Source: Roseateles sp. (GTDB taxonomy: Bacteria > Pseudomonadota > Gammaproteobacteria > Burkholderiales > Burkholderiaceae_C). Taken from it: 64,000 nt of DNA. The stretch's first letter is position 1; every line of letters begins with the position of its first letter. The stretch is taken from the NCBI GenBank assembly GCA_036401055.1, contig DASWWC010000109.1, positions 1,563 to 65,562 of the forward strand, read 5' to 3'. Positions 17,858 to 29,187 of this stretch are shown piece by piece. The notes under the pieces are model-generated. The model was given only the letters and a program-made list of their open reading frames with translations. It had not been told where the DNA came from and searched no databases. The position numbers and the translations under genes are program-made.

Positions 17858-20025
17858 GCGCGGGGCTTGCCGATGACGACGCCTCGCCCCTCGGGCGCAA
17901 GGTAGACGACGCCGAACTCCAGCGGGTCGGCGGCCAGTGCGCCCAGGCGGCCGTAGCGATGGGCGTCGTCGTTGATGCGCTGGAAGCTGGCGCCGGCGTC
18001 GATGGAGCGGTACAGGCCCTCGACGGGGTCGGCGCTGCCGGTGGCCACCTTGCCCCACACGTAGATGGCGTGATAGCTCGCGCCCGGCGCTGCCTTGCCG
18101 ATGGCCACGCGCCAGGGCTCGGCCACGCCGCGCAGGGTGCGGGGCCGGGCATCCATGCCGGGCAGATGCAGCAGGCCTTCGGGCGTGGCCAGCCACAGGT
18201 CACGCGGCTTGCCCGGCGCGCAGACCAACTGGGCGCTCTGCCAGTTCTGCAGCCGCGGCAGGCCGGTGATGCCGGGCTGGAAGCTGGCGCCGCCGTCCAC
18301 GCTGACGAGGATGCGGCCGTTGGCGGGGTCCAGCACGTAGAACACGCCTTCCAGGGCACGGTCGGCCACGGGCGTCAGCGTCACGTCGCGGGCTTCGGGC
18401 CAGCCTTGGGCGGTGGCCCAGGTCTTGCCACGGTCGCGCGAGAACAGCGCGGCCTGCTTGTCGGGCGCCCACAGGAAGAAGCCGCCCTTGGCCGACACGG
18501 CGATGCGGCCGCTGGAGGCGGTCCAGCCTTCCGGCGTCTTGGCGTTGCGCGTGCTGGGGCCGAAGGGGCGCCAGCTGGCGCCGCCGTCGGGCGACCAGTA
18601 GCCGCCGTTGGCCGCACCGTCGGACGTGCGCGCGACGATGCCGGGGTTGAGTTCGGCGACCGCGATGGAGCGATTGGTCTCGCCCGCGGGCAGGAAGAGG
18701 CCGTTCTTCGGGCCTTGCGCGAGGTCGTCCCACGCGGCGCCGGACACGTCGCCCATCGCCGCCAGCAGCGAGGCGCCGCCCGAGGGGCTCTCCAGACCCA
18801 GCACGGCGGTCTCTTCGAGGTTGTCCACCGTGAAGGCCCAGTCCACCGGGTCTGCGCCGAGGTTGGCGGTCATCCACAGGCCGTAGCCGGTGCCGTAGAC
18901 GGCGTGCTTGCCGTCGTGCGGATCGATCTTGAAGTCGGCCATCCAGTGGCCGGCCTTGTCGTGGCGCTTGGCCTGGTAGGCCTGCAGCCAGGGGTGGGTG
19001 CTGGCGTCGAAGCGGGAGCGCGGGCTCAGCGGCGTCCAGGTCTTGCCGAAGTCGTCGGAGAGGTAGATCTCGTCGCCGCCGTTCCAGCGCTCGATGGTGG
19101 TCACGACGACGCGGCCGGGGCGCTGCGCATCGGTGTCGAGGCCGGAGTAGCCGAAGGTCTGGTTGGCGCTCGGCCTGGACGGCGTGATGTCGAGCCACTG
19201 GCCCTCGGGCGTGCGGCGCCAGACGCTGCCGGTCCTGGCGTTGCTGGGGTTCACCACCTGGCCGGCGTCGCCCGCGGCGAAGCTGACGTAGAGCGAGCCG
19301 TCGGGCCCGAGCGCGGCGCGCTGCGGCACCTGCGCCGGCAGCTCGGCGATGCGCTTGAAGCTGGCGCCGTCGTCGGTGGAAGCGTACAGGCCGGGCTGGT
19401 CGTGGCTGCCGGCGTAGAGGGCCTTGGCCTTGGGGTCGAACAGCACCAGGGACACATGCTTGCCGGGAAAACCGCCGACGCGGCTGAAGCTTGTGCCGCG
19501 GTTGCTGCTCTGCTGCAGGCCGTCCTGCGTGGTGCCCAGCAGCAGTCGCTCTGGGCGGTTCGGGTCCACCTGCAGGCGCTCGCCGCTGCCGCGGCCGGGG
19601 CCGTTGCCGGCCAGCCGCAGGCCCAGCTCATGCGTCTGCCAGGTGGCGCCGCGGTCGCTGGACGACAGCAGCGCAGCCTTGCGCGCCCACTCGCCGGTGT
19701 AGAGGCCGCAGGCGGCGTAGACGCGGTTGGCGTCGGTCGGGTCGACGGCGATGCTGAGCACGCCCATCAGATCGCCGTCGTCCTTGCCGAGGTGGTCTAG
19801 CAGCGGTTGCCAGCATCGGCCCTTGGGGTCGAAGCGGTAGGCGCCGCCGATGTCGGTGCGGGCGTAGAGCAGGCCCGGCTCGCGCGGGTGGAAGACGAAG
19901 CCGTCGATGAAGCCGCCGGCGCCATAGGTCAGACTGCGCCACTCGTAGGCGGGCGAGCCTTCGGCGGCCCAGGCGGGCAGCGTGAGCAGGCCGGCGGCCT
20001 GCAGCAATTGGCGGCGTTGCATCAT
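17854..20025 (-). CDS. GH74 xyloglucanase, Tat-exported
   Basis: QRRQLL signal; [27 protein letters not shown], multiple SxDxGxTW Asp-boxes, AMGDV. Confidence 0.92.
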   Translation of the reverse strand: MMQRRQLLQAAGLLTLPAWAAEGSPAYEWRSLTYGAGGFIDGFVFHPREPGLLYARTDIGGAYRFDPKGRCWQPLLDHLGKDDGDLMGVLSIAVDPTDANRVYAACGLYTGEWARKAALLSSSDRGATWQTHELGLRLAGNGPGRGSGERLQVDPNRPERLLLGTTQDGLQQSSNRGTSFSRVGGFPGKHVSLVLFDPKAKALYAGSHDQPGLYASTDDGASFKRIAELPAQVPQRAALGPDGSLYVSFAAGDAGQVVNPSNARTGSVWRRTPEGQWLDITPSRPSANQTFGYSGLDTDAQRPGRVVVTTIERWNGGDEIYLSDDFGKTWTPLSPRSRFDASTHPWLQAYQAKRHDKAGHWMADFKIDPHDGKHAVYGTGYGLWMTANLGADPVDWAFTVDNLEETAVLGLESPSGGASLLAAMGDVSGAAWDDLAQGPKNGLFLPAGETNRSIAVAELNPGIVARTSDGAANGGYWSPDGGASWRPFGPSTRNAKTPEGWTASSGRIAVSAKGGFFLWAPDKQAALFSRDRGKTWATAQGWPEARDVTLTPVADRALEGVFYVLDPANGRILVSVDGGASFQPGITGLPRLQNWQSAQLVCAPGKPRDLWLATPEGLLHLPGMDARPRTLRGVAEPWRVAIGKAAPGASYHAIYVWGKVATGSADPVEGLYRSIDAGASFQRINDDAHRYGRLGALAADPLEFGVVYLAPEGRGVVIGKPRA

Positions 20026-20037
20026 GCTTTGCTTTCG

Positions 20038-20161
20038 CGGGCCGAGCGCCGGGCCGCTCCCAAGCCGGCCCGCCTGAGGCGATGCGCTTGCCGGTCAATC
20101 CGGCAAGCATCGCCGTCCCCGCGGGGGACCGGCCAAGGTACGCCTTGGACGAGGGGCTTCA
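20038..20161 (-). repeat. Structured intergenic repeat, copy B
   Basis: TGA-AGCCCCTCG-TCCAAGGCGTACCTTGG-CCGGTCCCCCGCGGGGACGGCGATGCTTGCCGG...GGGCCGGCTTGGGAGCGGCCCGGCGCTCGGCCCG. Confidence 0.92.
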
Positions 20162-21793
20162 TGGCGCCGGACGGCCCATCTTGATCTTGAGCATCACCGG
20201 CTCGGCGGGCAGGTTCAGGCCGTAGTCCACCTGGTCGCCGTTCCACACGCGCTCCATGACCCAGTGGCCTTGCGCGTCGAAGCGGCCCTGCTCGGCGCGC
20301 AGCATCATGCCGCTCGTGCCTTCGGCCGGTTCCATGCGCACGCGCACGCGCTGGCCGATGAGCAGGAACTCGTCGGCGCCAAGCTGCACCATGGCCGCGC
20401 CGCCTTCGGGCTCCTCGGTGCCGGCGGCCGGCTTGGCAAACTCGCCGCCCCAGGCGGACTCACCGAAGCGGCCCATGCGGTAGGTCAGCTTGGCCGACCA
20501 GCCGGGGAAGTCCAGCTGCTGCGGCTTGCGGTCGTCGCCCTCGCCGATGCCGCGCACCTTGCCGTCGAAGGACCACTGCGCCCACTGGCGCTGGATGGGC
20601 GCGAACATGCGGTAGACGCGTTCGAAGGGCTCGACCAGTTTCTTGTCCGTGGCCAGCGTGCCCAGCGGGTAGTTGGTGTAGTCGAAGTAGTCGGTGCCGA
20701 ACGGCGAGATGCCGATGGCGCCGCGGCCCAGCATGGCGTAGATGAAGCGCGCATAGGCGGGCTTGGTGCCGAACTCGGGCACCCACAGCGCGTTGTCCGG
20801 GCGCTGGAACAGCTTCAGGTTGGCGTTGACCTGGTCGGACTCCGGCCGGTAGATGTCGGGGCCCACGATGTCGATGGCGGGGGCGGCCGCTTTGTAGATG
20901 TCGATGACGTCCCAGGTCGGGCCGCCGCTGGCGAAGTTCTTGTTCCAGGGCTTGGGCGGCTGCTCCAGCGGGTCGCGCAGCGCGTTGTTGACGTACATCG
21001 GCAGGTCGTACACCGCACGGCCGGCGGCGGCGATCTCGCCGATGTAGCGGGCCACGGCCCAGGCGTGGAAGTACTCGTCGGCGTAGTCGCCGTAGACCTG
21101 GCGCCAGGTGCCGCTCGCGGCGGCCTTGGGCTTCTGCCGCGCCAGCACGGCGGCGGGCACGGGCTGCTCGAAGGCGGCCTGCGCGGCCTTGCCGAAGTCG
21201 CGCACCAGGCCGTAAGTGCCGACCTCGTTCTGCACCTGCACCATCAGCACGGTGCGCTCGGTGGCGTCGATCTTCTTCAGGTGCGACATGAACGCGACGA
21301 AGGCGCGCTTGTCTGCTTTCAACGTCTCGGCGCCGAAGGGGCTGAGGCTGTAGTTGGGCTTGCCTTCCTGGTCGAGATTGGGCGGGAAGCGCTTCGGGTT
21401 CAGCTTGACCCACTCGGGCGTGTACTGCGCGCTGGTGTTCTTCCAGGTCGCGAACCACAGGATCACGAGGCGCTTCTTCTGCTGGCGGGCTTCCTTGACC
21501 AGCGTGTCCACGAAGCTGAAGTCGAACTTGCCTTCGACGGGCTCGACCTGCTCCCAGGCCACCGGCATCAGCACGGTGTTGGCGTGCAGGTCGTTGGCGG
21601 CGTCCCAGACGGGCTTGAGCGCGCCCGGGTAGTTGCTGGAGTTGTGCGCCTGAGCACCGAGGATGAGGAAGGGCTTGCCGTCCACCAGCAGCGCGTGGCG
21701 GCCGTCCTTGGCGACGAGGCGGGGCAGCTCGGCGGCGCCGGCGGCGTTGAGCAGGCAGGCCAGGGCCGCTGCGAGGAGGAGCTTCTTCGTCAT
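20159..21793 (-). CDS. GH35 beta-galactosidase (DUF5597-type C-terminus), secreted
   Basis: LLVDGKPFLILG, AWEQVEPVEGKFDF, WFATWKN, VQVQNE, PDIY, RVWNGDQ. Confidence 0.85.
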   Translation of the reverse strand: MTKKLLLAAALACLLNAAGAAELPRLVAKDGRHALLVDGKPFLILGAQAHNSSNYPGALKPVWDAANDLHANTVLMPVAWEQVEPVEGKFDFSFVDTLVKEARQQKKRLVILWFATWKNTSAQYTPEWVKLNPKRFPPNLDQEGKPNYSLSPFGAETLKADKRAFVAFMSHLKKIDATERTVLMVQVQNEVGTYGLVRDFGKAAQAAFEQPVPAAVLARQKPKAAASGTWRQVYGDYADEYFHAWAVARYIGEIAAAGRAVYDLPMYVNNALRDPLEQPPKPWNKNFASGGPTWDVIDIYKAAAPAIDIVGPDIYRPESDQVNANLKLFQRPDNALWVPEFGTKPAYARFIYAMLGRGAIGISPFGTDYFDYTNYPLGTLATDKKLVEPFERVYRMFAPIQRQWAQWSFDGKVRGIGEGDDRKPQQLDFPGWSAKLTYRMGRFGESAWGGEFAKPAAGTEEPEGGAAMVQLGADEFLLIGQRVRVRMEPAEGTSGMMLRAEQGRFDAQGHWVMERVWNGDQVDYGLNLPAEPVMLKIKMGRPAP

Positions 21794-21814
21794 CGGGGAT
21801 TCGGGTGTAAGTGG

Positions 21815-21849
21815 AAAAAGCCGGCGGCCTCGCGCAGGGAGGCCGCCGG
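21815..21849 (-). terminator. Intra-cluster intrinsic terminator/stabilising hairpin after the TBDT
   Basis: 11-bp perfect stem CCGGCGGCCTC/GAGGCCGCCGG followed on the minus strand by CTTTTT. Confidence 0.75.
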
Positions 21850-21861
21850 AATTGCCGGAGA

Positions 21862-24800
21862 TTAGAACGAGTAGCTGGCCTGCACCGAGTAGCGGCGGCC
21901 GGTGTAGTTGACCGCGCGCGTCATCAGGCCGATGTTCTGCTGCATCAGCTGACGGGCCAGCGCGTTGTTCAGGTTCTGCGCTTCCAGGCTGACGCTGAAC
22001 TTGTCGGTGATGCGGTAGTTGACGCCGGCATCGACCTGGCCGTAGTCGTCGCTCCAGGTCGGCAGCGCGTAGGCCACGCCGGTGGCGTTGGCGAGGCGGC
22101 CGTCACCCCCGCGGGTGCCGTTGACGTTGACGCCCTGCAGGTACTTGGAACGCCAGCTGTAGGCCACGCGCGCCGAGAACGGGCCCCAGTCATACAGCAG
22201 CGCCAGGTTGTAGGCGTTCTTGGAAAGGTTGGTCAGCGGCAGGTTGCCGAAGGTGCGGCCGTCGGTGTCGCAACCGTTGATGTTCAGGTTGAGGTTGTCG
22301 GCGTTCGTGCTGGTGCCGGCGCAGAACGGCGTCGTGACCGGGTTGTACGGTGTGGTCTTGCTGTCCACGTAGGTGTAGTTGGCCTGCACGCCGATGCCCG
22401 ACATCCAGCCCGGCAGCATGTCGAGGTAGCGCTGGAAGGCGATCTCGAAGCCGCGGGCGTGGCCCTTGGCGCCGTTGACCGGCGACGTGACGGTGAAGTT
22501 CAGCGGGTTGCCGGCAGCGTCGCGCAGCACGGTGGTGGCCGACTGCTTGACGATGATGTCGTCCAGCTGCTTGTTGAACACCGCCAGCGTCAGCGAGCCG
22601 TTCTTGGCGAAGTACCACTCGGCGGTCAGGTCCAGCTGGGTGGACTTGACCGGCTTGAGCAGCGGGTTGCCGTTGGCCGTGCCGCTGAGGTTGACGGCGT
22701 CGATGACCAGCACGGAGTCGTTGTTCTCCGTGTGCTTGGTCGTCGTCAGCTCCATCGACGTGTAGGCCTGCATGTCCGAGAAGTCGGGACGCGAGACGCC
22801 CTTGGCGACGGCGGCACGGAACTGCAGCTTGTCGCTGGCCTTGAAGCGCAGGTTCAGGCTGGGCAGCACGTTGATGTAGCTCTGCTCGGCGCTGATCGGT
22901 GCCGCAAAGCTGGCGATGACTGGCACCGGCACGCCGGTCACCGATTGGCCCGGCGTCGGACTGATGCCCGCGTTGTTGTTGAAGACCGTGTAGCCGGAGG
23001 CCTTCATCTCGGTGCGCACGGCGCGCAGGCCGACGTTGCCGTCCACCGGCGCGCCGGAGTCGGTGAAGTCGAAGCGCAGCTGGGCGTAGGCGGCCTGGGT
23101 GCGCTCGTGCTGCTCGTTGTCGCCGGCCGGGCTGGTGCCGAAGCTGGCCGGCTGCCACGGCGCGCAGCCGCTGCCCCAGCCGTTGGCCGCCGTGAACTCC
23201 TGGCAGCGGATGTCGTGGTACTTGTGCAGCGCCGCGTAGCTGGTCGGGTAGTCCTTGGCCAGGGACACGTGGGGCACGTAGATGGCGGGCACGTTCTGGC
23301 CGCCGAAGAAGTTCTTGAACGTGTGCAGCGTGACCGGCGCATTGAAGCGCGGATCGCTCAGGTAGGCCACGTCGCTGATGTCCCAGCCGCGCTGCCAGGT
23401 CTGCGTGATGGCGGACCAGTTGTAGTCGGGCACCGTCTTGGTGGTGGTGGCGTCGCGGTCGGTCAGGCGCACGCCGAAGGACAGGTCCTGCAGCACGGCG
23501 TGGTCGAAGTTGAACTTGGCGTCCGCGCGCCAGGCCTTCTGCTCGGCCTTGCTGCGGTCCAGGTGCTCCATCGTGAAGGCCCAGTAGTAGTTGGCCTTGT
23601 TCTGCAGCGCGGCCAGGTCGGCGGCGTCGAAGACGACGCGCGGCGTGGAGCCGGTCAGGTCCAGCGTCTCCTTGGGCATCAGCAGGCCGGTGGCGACGGT
23701 GGAGTCGAAGGCGTTGGTGTTGGAGCGCACCAGCTGCAGGTCGGTGCTGAAGCTCCAGCGGTCGCTGGCCTTCCAGGCCAGGTTCCAACCCAGGTCGCGG
23801 GTCTTGGAGTTGCGCGTCATGTAGCGCGTGTCGGCGCCGAAGTTGACGCCGCCGTCGGCCGGCTGGGTCAGCGTGCCGCTGACGAAGACGTTGTTGCTGT
23901 TGTACTTGGCGTCGCTGCCGATGACGATGTTCCAGGGGTTGGTCTGCGCGAACAGCGCGTTCTCGTCCCACTGCATGCGGTACTTGGACTGGAAGTAGGT
24001 CAGCGAGCTGCTGAGGTTGTCCTTCTTCCACTGCAGTGCGCCGTACAGGCCGTTGCGGTCACGCTCGAAGTTGGAGTCGCGCCACTGCGCACCCTTGGGC
24101 ACCCAGTGCGTGCCGTCGATCTTGTAGTAGGGCTCGACCTGCCAGAGGTCGGTGCGGGTGGTGCTCTTGCTGTTGGCCAGGCTCAGCAGCATGCCAACCT
24201 TGCCGATGTCGGTCTGCCAGCTGTTGGCCAGCAGGCCGGAGGCCGAGGGGCTGAACTTGCCCTGCAGCTCGTTGTACTTGCCGACGGCCGTGATGTGGCC
24301 CTTGAAGCCGGCGTAGTCGAAGGGCATGGCGGTGCGCAGGTTCACCAGGCCGCCGATGGAGCCTTCGATCTGCGAGGCCGACGGGTTCTTGAACACGTCC
24401 ACCGCGGCCAGCAGTTCGGGCGGCACGTCCTCGAAGTTCAGCGCGCGGCCGCCGTTGGCGGAGAAGGTGTCGCGGCCGTTCACTTCGGAGCGGACATACG
24501 AGAGGCCGCGGATGTTGACGCTGGAGCCCTCCACTGAGTAGTGCTCGGGGTCGCCCTTGGCCATGGTGCGGTCGATGGTCACGCCGACGACGCGCTGCAG
24601 CACCTCGGTGACGGACTGGTCGGGCAGCTTGCCGATGTCGTCGGCGACGATGGAGTCGACGATCTCGTCGGAGTTCTGCTTGATGCGCTGCGCCGACTCC
24701 AGCGCCGCGCGGCGGCCGCTGACGACGACGGTCTCGACCTTCTGGACGGGGGCCGACGCGGCGGCTGCCGGCGCGGGCGGGGTCTGCGCCATCGCCAGGC

Positions 24801-24864
24801 CGCTGCTGAGCAGCGCGGCCTGGGCGGCGGCGAGGGAAATGATGGTTCTCTGGTGTTGTTTCAC
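21862..24864 (-). CDS. TonB-dependent transporter (probable xyloglucan-oligosaccharide uptake)
   Basis: GTG start with SD GAGGAG; TonB box ETVVVSG; plug DSIVADDIGKLPD; GNPLLKP; C-terminal YSF. Confidence 0.95.
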   Translation of the reverse strand: MKQHQRTIISLAAAQAALLSSGLAMAQTPPAPAAAASAPVQKVETVVVSGRRAALESAQRIKQNSDEIVDSIVADDIGKLPDQSVTEVLQRVVGVTIDRTMAKGDPEHYSVEGSSVNIRGLSYVRSEVNGRDTFSANGGRALNFEDVPPELLAAVDVFKNPSASQIEGSIGGLVNLRTAMPFDYAGFKGHITAVGKYNELQGKFSPSASGLLANSWQTDIGKVGMLLSLANSKSTTRTDLWQVEPYYKIDGTHWVPKGAQWRDSNFERDRNGLYGALQWKKDNLSSSLTYFQSKYRMQWDENALFAQTNPWNIVIGSDAKYNSNNVFVSGTLTQPADGGVNFGADTRYMTRNSKTRDLGWNLAWKASDRWSFSTDLQLVRSNTNAFDSTVATGLLMPKETLDLTGSTPRVVFDAADLAALQNKANYYWAFTMEHLDRSKAEQKAWRADAKFNFDHAVLQDLSFGVRLTDRDATTTKTVPDYNWSAITQTWQRGWDISDVAYLSDPRFNAPVTLHTFKNFFGGQNVPAIYVPHVSLAKDYPTSYAALHKYHDIRCQEFTAANGWGSGCAPWQPASFGTSPAGDNEQHERTQAAYAQLRFDFTDSGAPVDGNVGLRAVRTEMKASGYTVFNNNAGISPTPGQSVTGVPVPVIASFAAPISAEQSYINVLPSLNLRFKASDKLQFRAAVAKGVSRPDFSDMQAYTSMELTTTKHTENNDSVLVIDAVNLSGTANGNPLLKPVKSTQLDLTAEWYFAKNGSLTLAVFNKQLDDIIVKQSATTVLRDAAGNPLNFTVTSPVNGAKGHARGFEIAFQRYLDMLPGWMSGIGVQANYTYVDSKTTPYNPVTTPFCAGTSTNADNLNLNINGCDTDGRTFGNLPLTNLSKNAYNLALLYDWGPFSARVAYSWRSKYLQGVNVNGTRGGDGRLANATGVAYALPTWSDDYGQVDAGVNYRITDKFSVSLEAQNLNNALARQLMQQNIGLMTRAVNYTGRRYSVQASYSF

Positions 24865-25010
24865 GATGTCTCCTCTACTGGGTTTCGGGGGCTCTGGGCC
24901 GTTGTCGTGGTGCTGGTTCGGCGGGAATGCGCTGGGATCAACATCGCCCGTGCCGGCGGGCGATGTGGTGGAAAGGGGCGAGGGACGTCATGCCGATGGC
25001 GCGGACGGCG

Positions 25011-26324
25011 TCAGGCGCAGAAGCGGTTGACGAGGTTCTCCAGCACCTCCTGGCGGCCGGAGACGGGGGCGACGTCGACGTTCCTCGCGAGCACCTCGTC
25101 GGCCAGCTCGGCCAGCGTGCGGCGGCCTTGCAGGATGTCCTGGCCGGCGGCGCTGTCCCAACCCGCATAACGCGCGTCCTGCGCGGCCTGCAGACGGCCG
25201 TCGACGATCATCTTTTCGGCGATCAGCAGCGCCTGCGCGCAGACGTCCATGCCGCCGATGTGGCCGTGGAACAGATCGGCCGCGTCGATGCTCTGGCGGC
25301 GCACCTTGGCGTCGAAGTTCAGGCCGCCCGAGCCCAGGCCGCCGGCCTTGAGCACGTGGTACAGCGCGATGGCCGTCTCGGGCACGTTGTTGGGGAACTG
25401 GTCGGTGTCCCAGCCCAGCTGTGGGTCGCCGCGGTTCATGTCCAGGCTGCCGAGGATGCCCAGGGCGCCGGCCGTGGCGATCTCGTGCTCGAAGCTGTGG
25501 CCCGACAGCGTCGCGTGGTTGGCCTCGATGTTGACCCTGACCTCGTTCTCCAGGCCGTAGCGCTTCAGGAAGCCGTAGACGGTGGCGGTGTCGAAGTCGT
25601 ACTGGTGCTTGGACGGCTCGCGCGGCTTGGGCTCGATGAGGATGGCGCCCTTGAAACCGATCTTGTGCTTGTAGTCCACCACCATGGTCAGGAAGCGGCC
25701 CAGCTGGTCCAACTCCTGGCCCAGGCGGGTGTTCAGCAGCGTTTCGTAGCCCTCGCGGCCGCCCCACAGCACGTAGTTCTCGCCGCCGAGGCTGAGCGTG
25801 GCGTCCATGGCGTCGCGCACCTGCAGCGCGGCCATCTTGAAGATCTCGGGGTCGGGGTTGCTCGCGGCGCCCGACATGAAGCGGCGGTGGCTGAACAGGT
25901 TGGCTGTGCCCCACAGCAGCTTGAGGCCGGTGGCCTGTTGCTTGGCCGCCAGCACCTCGACGATGCGCTTGAAGTTGTCCTGGCTTTCGCGCGGCGTGGC
26001 GCCCTCGGGGGCCACGTCACGGTCGTGGAAGCAGTAGTAGGGGATGCCGAGCTTGCTGAAGAACTCGAAGGCGGCATCGGCCTTCAGCTTCGCCAGCTCC
26101 ATCGGCGAGCCGCCCTGGAACCAGGGGCGCTCGAAGGTGGCGCCGCCGAAGGGGTCCAGGCCGGTCCAGACGAAGTTGTGCCAGTAGCAGGCGGCGAAGC
26201 GCAGATGGTCTTCCATGCGCTTGCCCAGGACGATGCGGTCCTTGTCGTAGTGCTTGAAGGCCAGGTCATTGGGGCTGTCGGCGCCCTCAAAGCGGATGGG
26301 CTGGATGTGTTCGAAGTAGCTCAT
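25011..26324 (-). CDS. xylA: Xylose isomerase (class II)
   Basis: [48 protein letters not shown]. Confidence 0.98.
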   Translation of the reverse strand: MSYFEHIQPIRFEGADSPNDLAFKHYDKDRIVLGKRMEDHLRFAACYWHNFVWTGLDPFGGATFERPWFQGGSPMELAKLKADAAFEFFSKLGIPYYCFHDRDVAPEGATPRESQDNFKRIVEVLAAKQQATGLKLLWGTANLFSHRRFMSGAASNPDPEIFKMAALQVRDAMDATLSLGGENYVLWGGREGYETLLNTRLGQELDQLGRFLTMVVDYKHKIGFKGAILIEPKPREPSKHQYDFDTATVYGFLKRYGLENEVRVNIEANHATLSGHSFEHEIATAGALGILGSLDMNRGDPQLGWDTDQFPNNVPETAIALYHVLKAGGLGSGGLNFDAKVRRQSIDAADLFHGHIGGMDVCAQALLIAEKMIVDGRLQAAQDARYAGWDSAAGQDILQGRRTLAELADEVLARNVDVAPVSGRQEVLENLVNRFCA

Positions 26325-27778
26325 GTCTCGGATCGGAGTCGGCGGTAAAGGTCACGGAAGCGCGCCAGGCGCGGGGCCAGGCGGGCATGTCGTTCTGTGC
26401 TCGGCGCAAAGCGCGCCGAGATGTCGGGGCGGGTGCAGACGGCGGCGACGTCGCCGCCCGCGGCCAGCCAGCCGAGGCGGGCGGCGCCCAGGGCACCGCC
26501 GGCTTCGCTGCCGCTGTGGACGACGATCTCCACGTCCAGCGCGTCGGCGATCAGCTGCGCCCAGTAGGGGCTGCGCGAGCCGCCGCCCACCAGCGACAGC
26601 GTGCGCACCTCGGTGCCGGCGGCGCGCAGGGCGGCCAGGCCATCGGCCAGGCCGAAAGCCACGCCTTCGAGCACGGCATAGGTGCAGTCGGCGCGCGTGG
26701 TGGCGGCCTTCAGGCCGTGGAACACGCCGGGCGCGAAGGGGTCGTTGTGCGGCGTGCGCTCGCCGGCCAGGTAGGGCAGGAAGGTGGGAGCCCGCTCCGT
26801 GACTGCGCTGTCATTGGACGTTAGCTCGGCCAGCAGGGCTGCCTCGTGCTGGCCCACGAGATTGCAGAACCAGCGCAGGCAGCTGGCGGCCGACAGCATG
26901 ACGCTCATCTGGTGCCAGCGCTGGGGCAGCGCATGACAGAAGGCGTGCACGGCTGAGGCCGGGTTGGGCCGGTAGCGGTCGTTGACGACGAAGAGCACGC
27001 CCGAGGTGCCCAGAGAGATGAAGCCGTCGCCCGGCTGCGTGGCGCCGATGCCGATGGCGCTGGCGGCGTTGTCGCCCGCGCCGCCGGCCACGACGACCTC
27101 GGGGCCCAGGCCCCAGGCGGCGGCCAGCTCGGGCCTCAGCACGCCGCTGGACTGGCTGGCTTCCACCAGGCGGGGCATGTGGGCGCGGCTCAGGCCTGTG
27201 GCGGCCAGCAGCTCGTCGGACCAGTCGCGGCGCGCCACGTCCAGCCACAGCGTGCCGGCGGCGTCGGAGGGGTCGGACACTTTGTCGCCGGTCAGCTGCA
27301 GGCGCAGCCAGTCCTTGGGCAGCAGCACGCTGGCCACACGGGCGAAGACCTCGGGCTCGTGCTTGCGCACCCACAGCAGCTTGGGTGCGGTGAAGCCGGG
27401 CATGGCGAGATTGCCGGCGATGTCGTGCAGCGCGGGTGCGGCAGCTTCCAGCTCGGTGCACTCGGCATGGCAGCGGCCGTCGTTCCACAGGATCGCGGGG
27501 CGCAGCACGGCGTCGGCCGCGTCGAGCAGCGCCGCGCCGTGCATCTGGCCCGACAGGCCGATGGCGCGCACGGCGGCGAACTCGGTCGGGTGCGTCGTGC
27601 GCAGCACGGCCACGGCGGTCTGCGTGGCCTGCCACCAGGCAGTGGGGTCCTGCTCGGACCACAACGGCTGCGGGCTCTGCAGCGTCAGCGCGCTGCCGGC
27701 GGTGCCGATAATGCGGCCCGTGCCGTCGAGCAGCAGCAGCTTGACTTCCGAGGTGCCAAGATCAATGCCGAGATACAT
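26321..27778 (-). CDS. xylB: Xylulokinase
   Basis: [47 protein letters not shown]; adjacent to xylA. Confidence 0.96.
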   Translation of the reverse strand: MYLGIDLGTSEVKLLLLDGTGRIIGTAGSALTLQSPQPLWSEQDPTAWWQATQTAVAVLRTTHPTEFAAVRAIGLSGQMHGAALLDAADAVLRPAILWNDGRCHAECTELEAAAPALHDIAGNLAMPGFTAPKLLWVRKHEPEVFARVASVLLPKDWLRLQLTGDKVSDPSDAAGTLWLDVARRDWSDELLAATGLSRAHMPRLVEASQSSGVLRPELAAAWGLGPEVVVAGGAGDNAASAIGIGATQPGDGFISLGTSGVLFVVNDRYRPNPASAVHAFCHALPQRWHQMSVMLSAASCLRWFCNLVGQHEAALLAELTSNDSAVTERAPTFLPYLAGERTPHNDPFAPGVFHGLKAATTRADCTYAVLEGVAFGLADGLAALRAAGTEVRTLSLVGGGSRSPYWAQLIADALDVEIVVHSGSEAGGALGAARLGWLAAGGDVAAVCTRPDISARFAPSTERHARLAPRLARFRDLYRRLRSET

Positions 27779-29004
27779 CAGGCGGTTTCTTCTGCAAGGG
27801 TGACGCCCGTGTCGGCCAGCGGCAGCGCGGGGCGGGTGAGTCGGTAGCGGGCCAGCGCGGCGGCGCCTATGGCCACGGCGTTGGCGCCGAAGCGCGAGAC
27901 GCGCACGGCCGGCGGCGGCAGGCTGGCCGCGGCGGCGTAGTCCAGCAGCGTGTCCAGCGCAGGCTTCAGGAAGGGCTCGCCCAGCTCCACCACCGCGCCG
28001 CCCAGCACGATGCCGGCGGGGTCGTAGGCGGTGGCCAGGTTTTGCAGCAGCACGCCGAGGTGGCGGCCGGCGGAGTTGACGGCCTTCAGCGTCAGCGGGT
28101 CTTCGTCCACCAGATGGGCGCGCACCTCGGCCAGCGAGCGCAGCGCGGTCGGGTCCTCGCGGTCGCCCAGCATGGCGCGCGTCGCGATCAGTGCCTCGGC
28201 GCAGCCGCGGCGCCCGCAGGAGCAGCGCGGGCCGCCCAACTGCAGCACCATGTGACCCACCTCGCCGGCAAAGCCGCGGCTGCCGGTCAGCAGGCGGTCG
28301 CCGACGATGACGCCGGCGCCCAGACCCTGGTTGATGGACACGTAGAGCAGCGGGTCCGACGCCGGCGTGGGGTTGAACTCCAGCTCGCCCAGGGCAGCGA
28401 CGTCGGCCTCGTTCTGGATGAACAGCGGCACGCCGGCCAGCGCGCTGTCCTGCAGCTTCTCGCCCAGCAGCGCACCGAAGGCCACGTCGCGCCAGCCCAG
28501 GTTGGGGGCGAAGTGCAGCACGCCGCGCGCCTCGTTGACGCCGCCCGGCAGGCCCACGCCGATGCCCAGCACCTGCTGGCCGGCGTCCAGTTGCTTGCGC
28601 AGCTTCAAGAGCGCGGTGGCCAGGCTGTTGATGCAGGCCTTGGCGCTGCGGCTGGCGCCGTAGTTGGCGACGGTGCAGGCCCGCATCTCGCCGGTCAGCG
28701 AGGTCGCGACGACGCGCACGGACTCGATGCCCACCTCGGCGCCCAGCAGCAGCAGGCGGTTGGGGTCGATGAACAGCGGCGTGGGGCGGCGGCCCAGGTC
28801 ACCGGTGGCGACGACCTCGCGCTCGACCAGCCAGCCCTCGTTGATCAGCTCGCGCACCAGCAGGCTGACGGTGGACTTGGTCAGGCCCACGGCGCCGGCC
28901 AGGTCGGCACGCGACAGCCCCGGGTTGGCACAAAGGTGCCTCACCAGTGCCATGCGATTGATGACCTTGAGCAGCTGCTGGCTGCCGGCGGCTTCGACCT
29001 GCAA
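27778..29004 (-). CDS. xylR: ROK-family xylose repressor
   Basis: HTH LSRADLAGAVGLTKSTVS, GRRP, NEADVAALGE, GEVGH, CSCGRRGC; TTG start with SD AGGAG; heads xylB-xylA. Confidence 0.88.
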   Translation of the reverse strand: MQVEAAGSQQLLKVINRMALVRHLCANPGLSRADLAGAVGLTKSTVSLLVRELINEGWLVEREVVATGDLGRRPTPLFIDPNRLLLLGAEVGIESVRVVATSLTGEMRACTVANYGASRSAKACINSLATALLKLRKQLDAGQQVLGIGVGLPGGVNEARGVLHFAPNLGWRDVAFGALLGEKLQDSALAGVPLFIQNEADVAALGELEFNPTPASDPLLYVSINQGLGAGVIVGDRLLTGSRGFAGEVGHMVLQLGGPRCSCGRRGCAEALIATRAMLGDREDPTALRSLAEVRAHLVDEDPLTLKAVNSAGRHLGVLLQNLATAYDPAGIVLGGAVVELGEPFLKPALDTLLDYAAAASLPPPAVRVSRFGANAVAIGAAALARYRLTRPALPLADTGVTLAEETA

Positions 29005-29056
29005 GCGTTGTCTCCTAGTACTTGGTAGGGCCTGTCAGGGCAGGCTTTGGAGCATA

Positions 29057-29081
29057 TTAGTTCGGCCGTCGCACGAAGTAA
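29057..29081. promoter_or_regulatory. Probable ROK-XylR operator
   Basis: TTAGTTCG-N9-CGAAGTAA (7/8 inverted repeat) in the divergent intergenic region; same 8-9-8 architecture as the Bacillus xyl operator as I recall it (TTAGTTTG-N9-CAAACTAA). Confidence 0.75.
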
Positions 29082-29187
29082 ATTGGGTGAAAGCCCCTAG
29101 CGCGTTTGGCGCCGACGCAACGAAGATCGCGCCGCTCGCCGCTGTGGACCCTGCCGGTCCGGCGTGCGCAGCGCTCGCGAGATCCCG

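Noticed and set aside
24861-25014. Chain of three mini-ORFs between the xylA stop and the TBDT start (CTG 25014, ATG 24991, TTG 24941, ending in GTGA)
   Set aside because: Begins with a weak CTG, such chains arise easily because any TGA offers an NTG in the -1 frame, and the TBDT has its own strong SD; kept only as a caution for the bridge hypothesis
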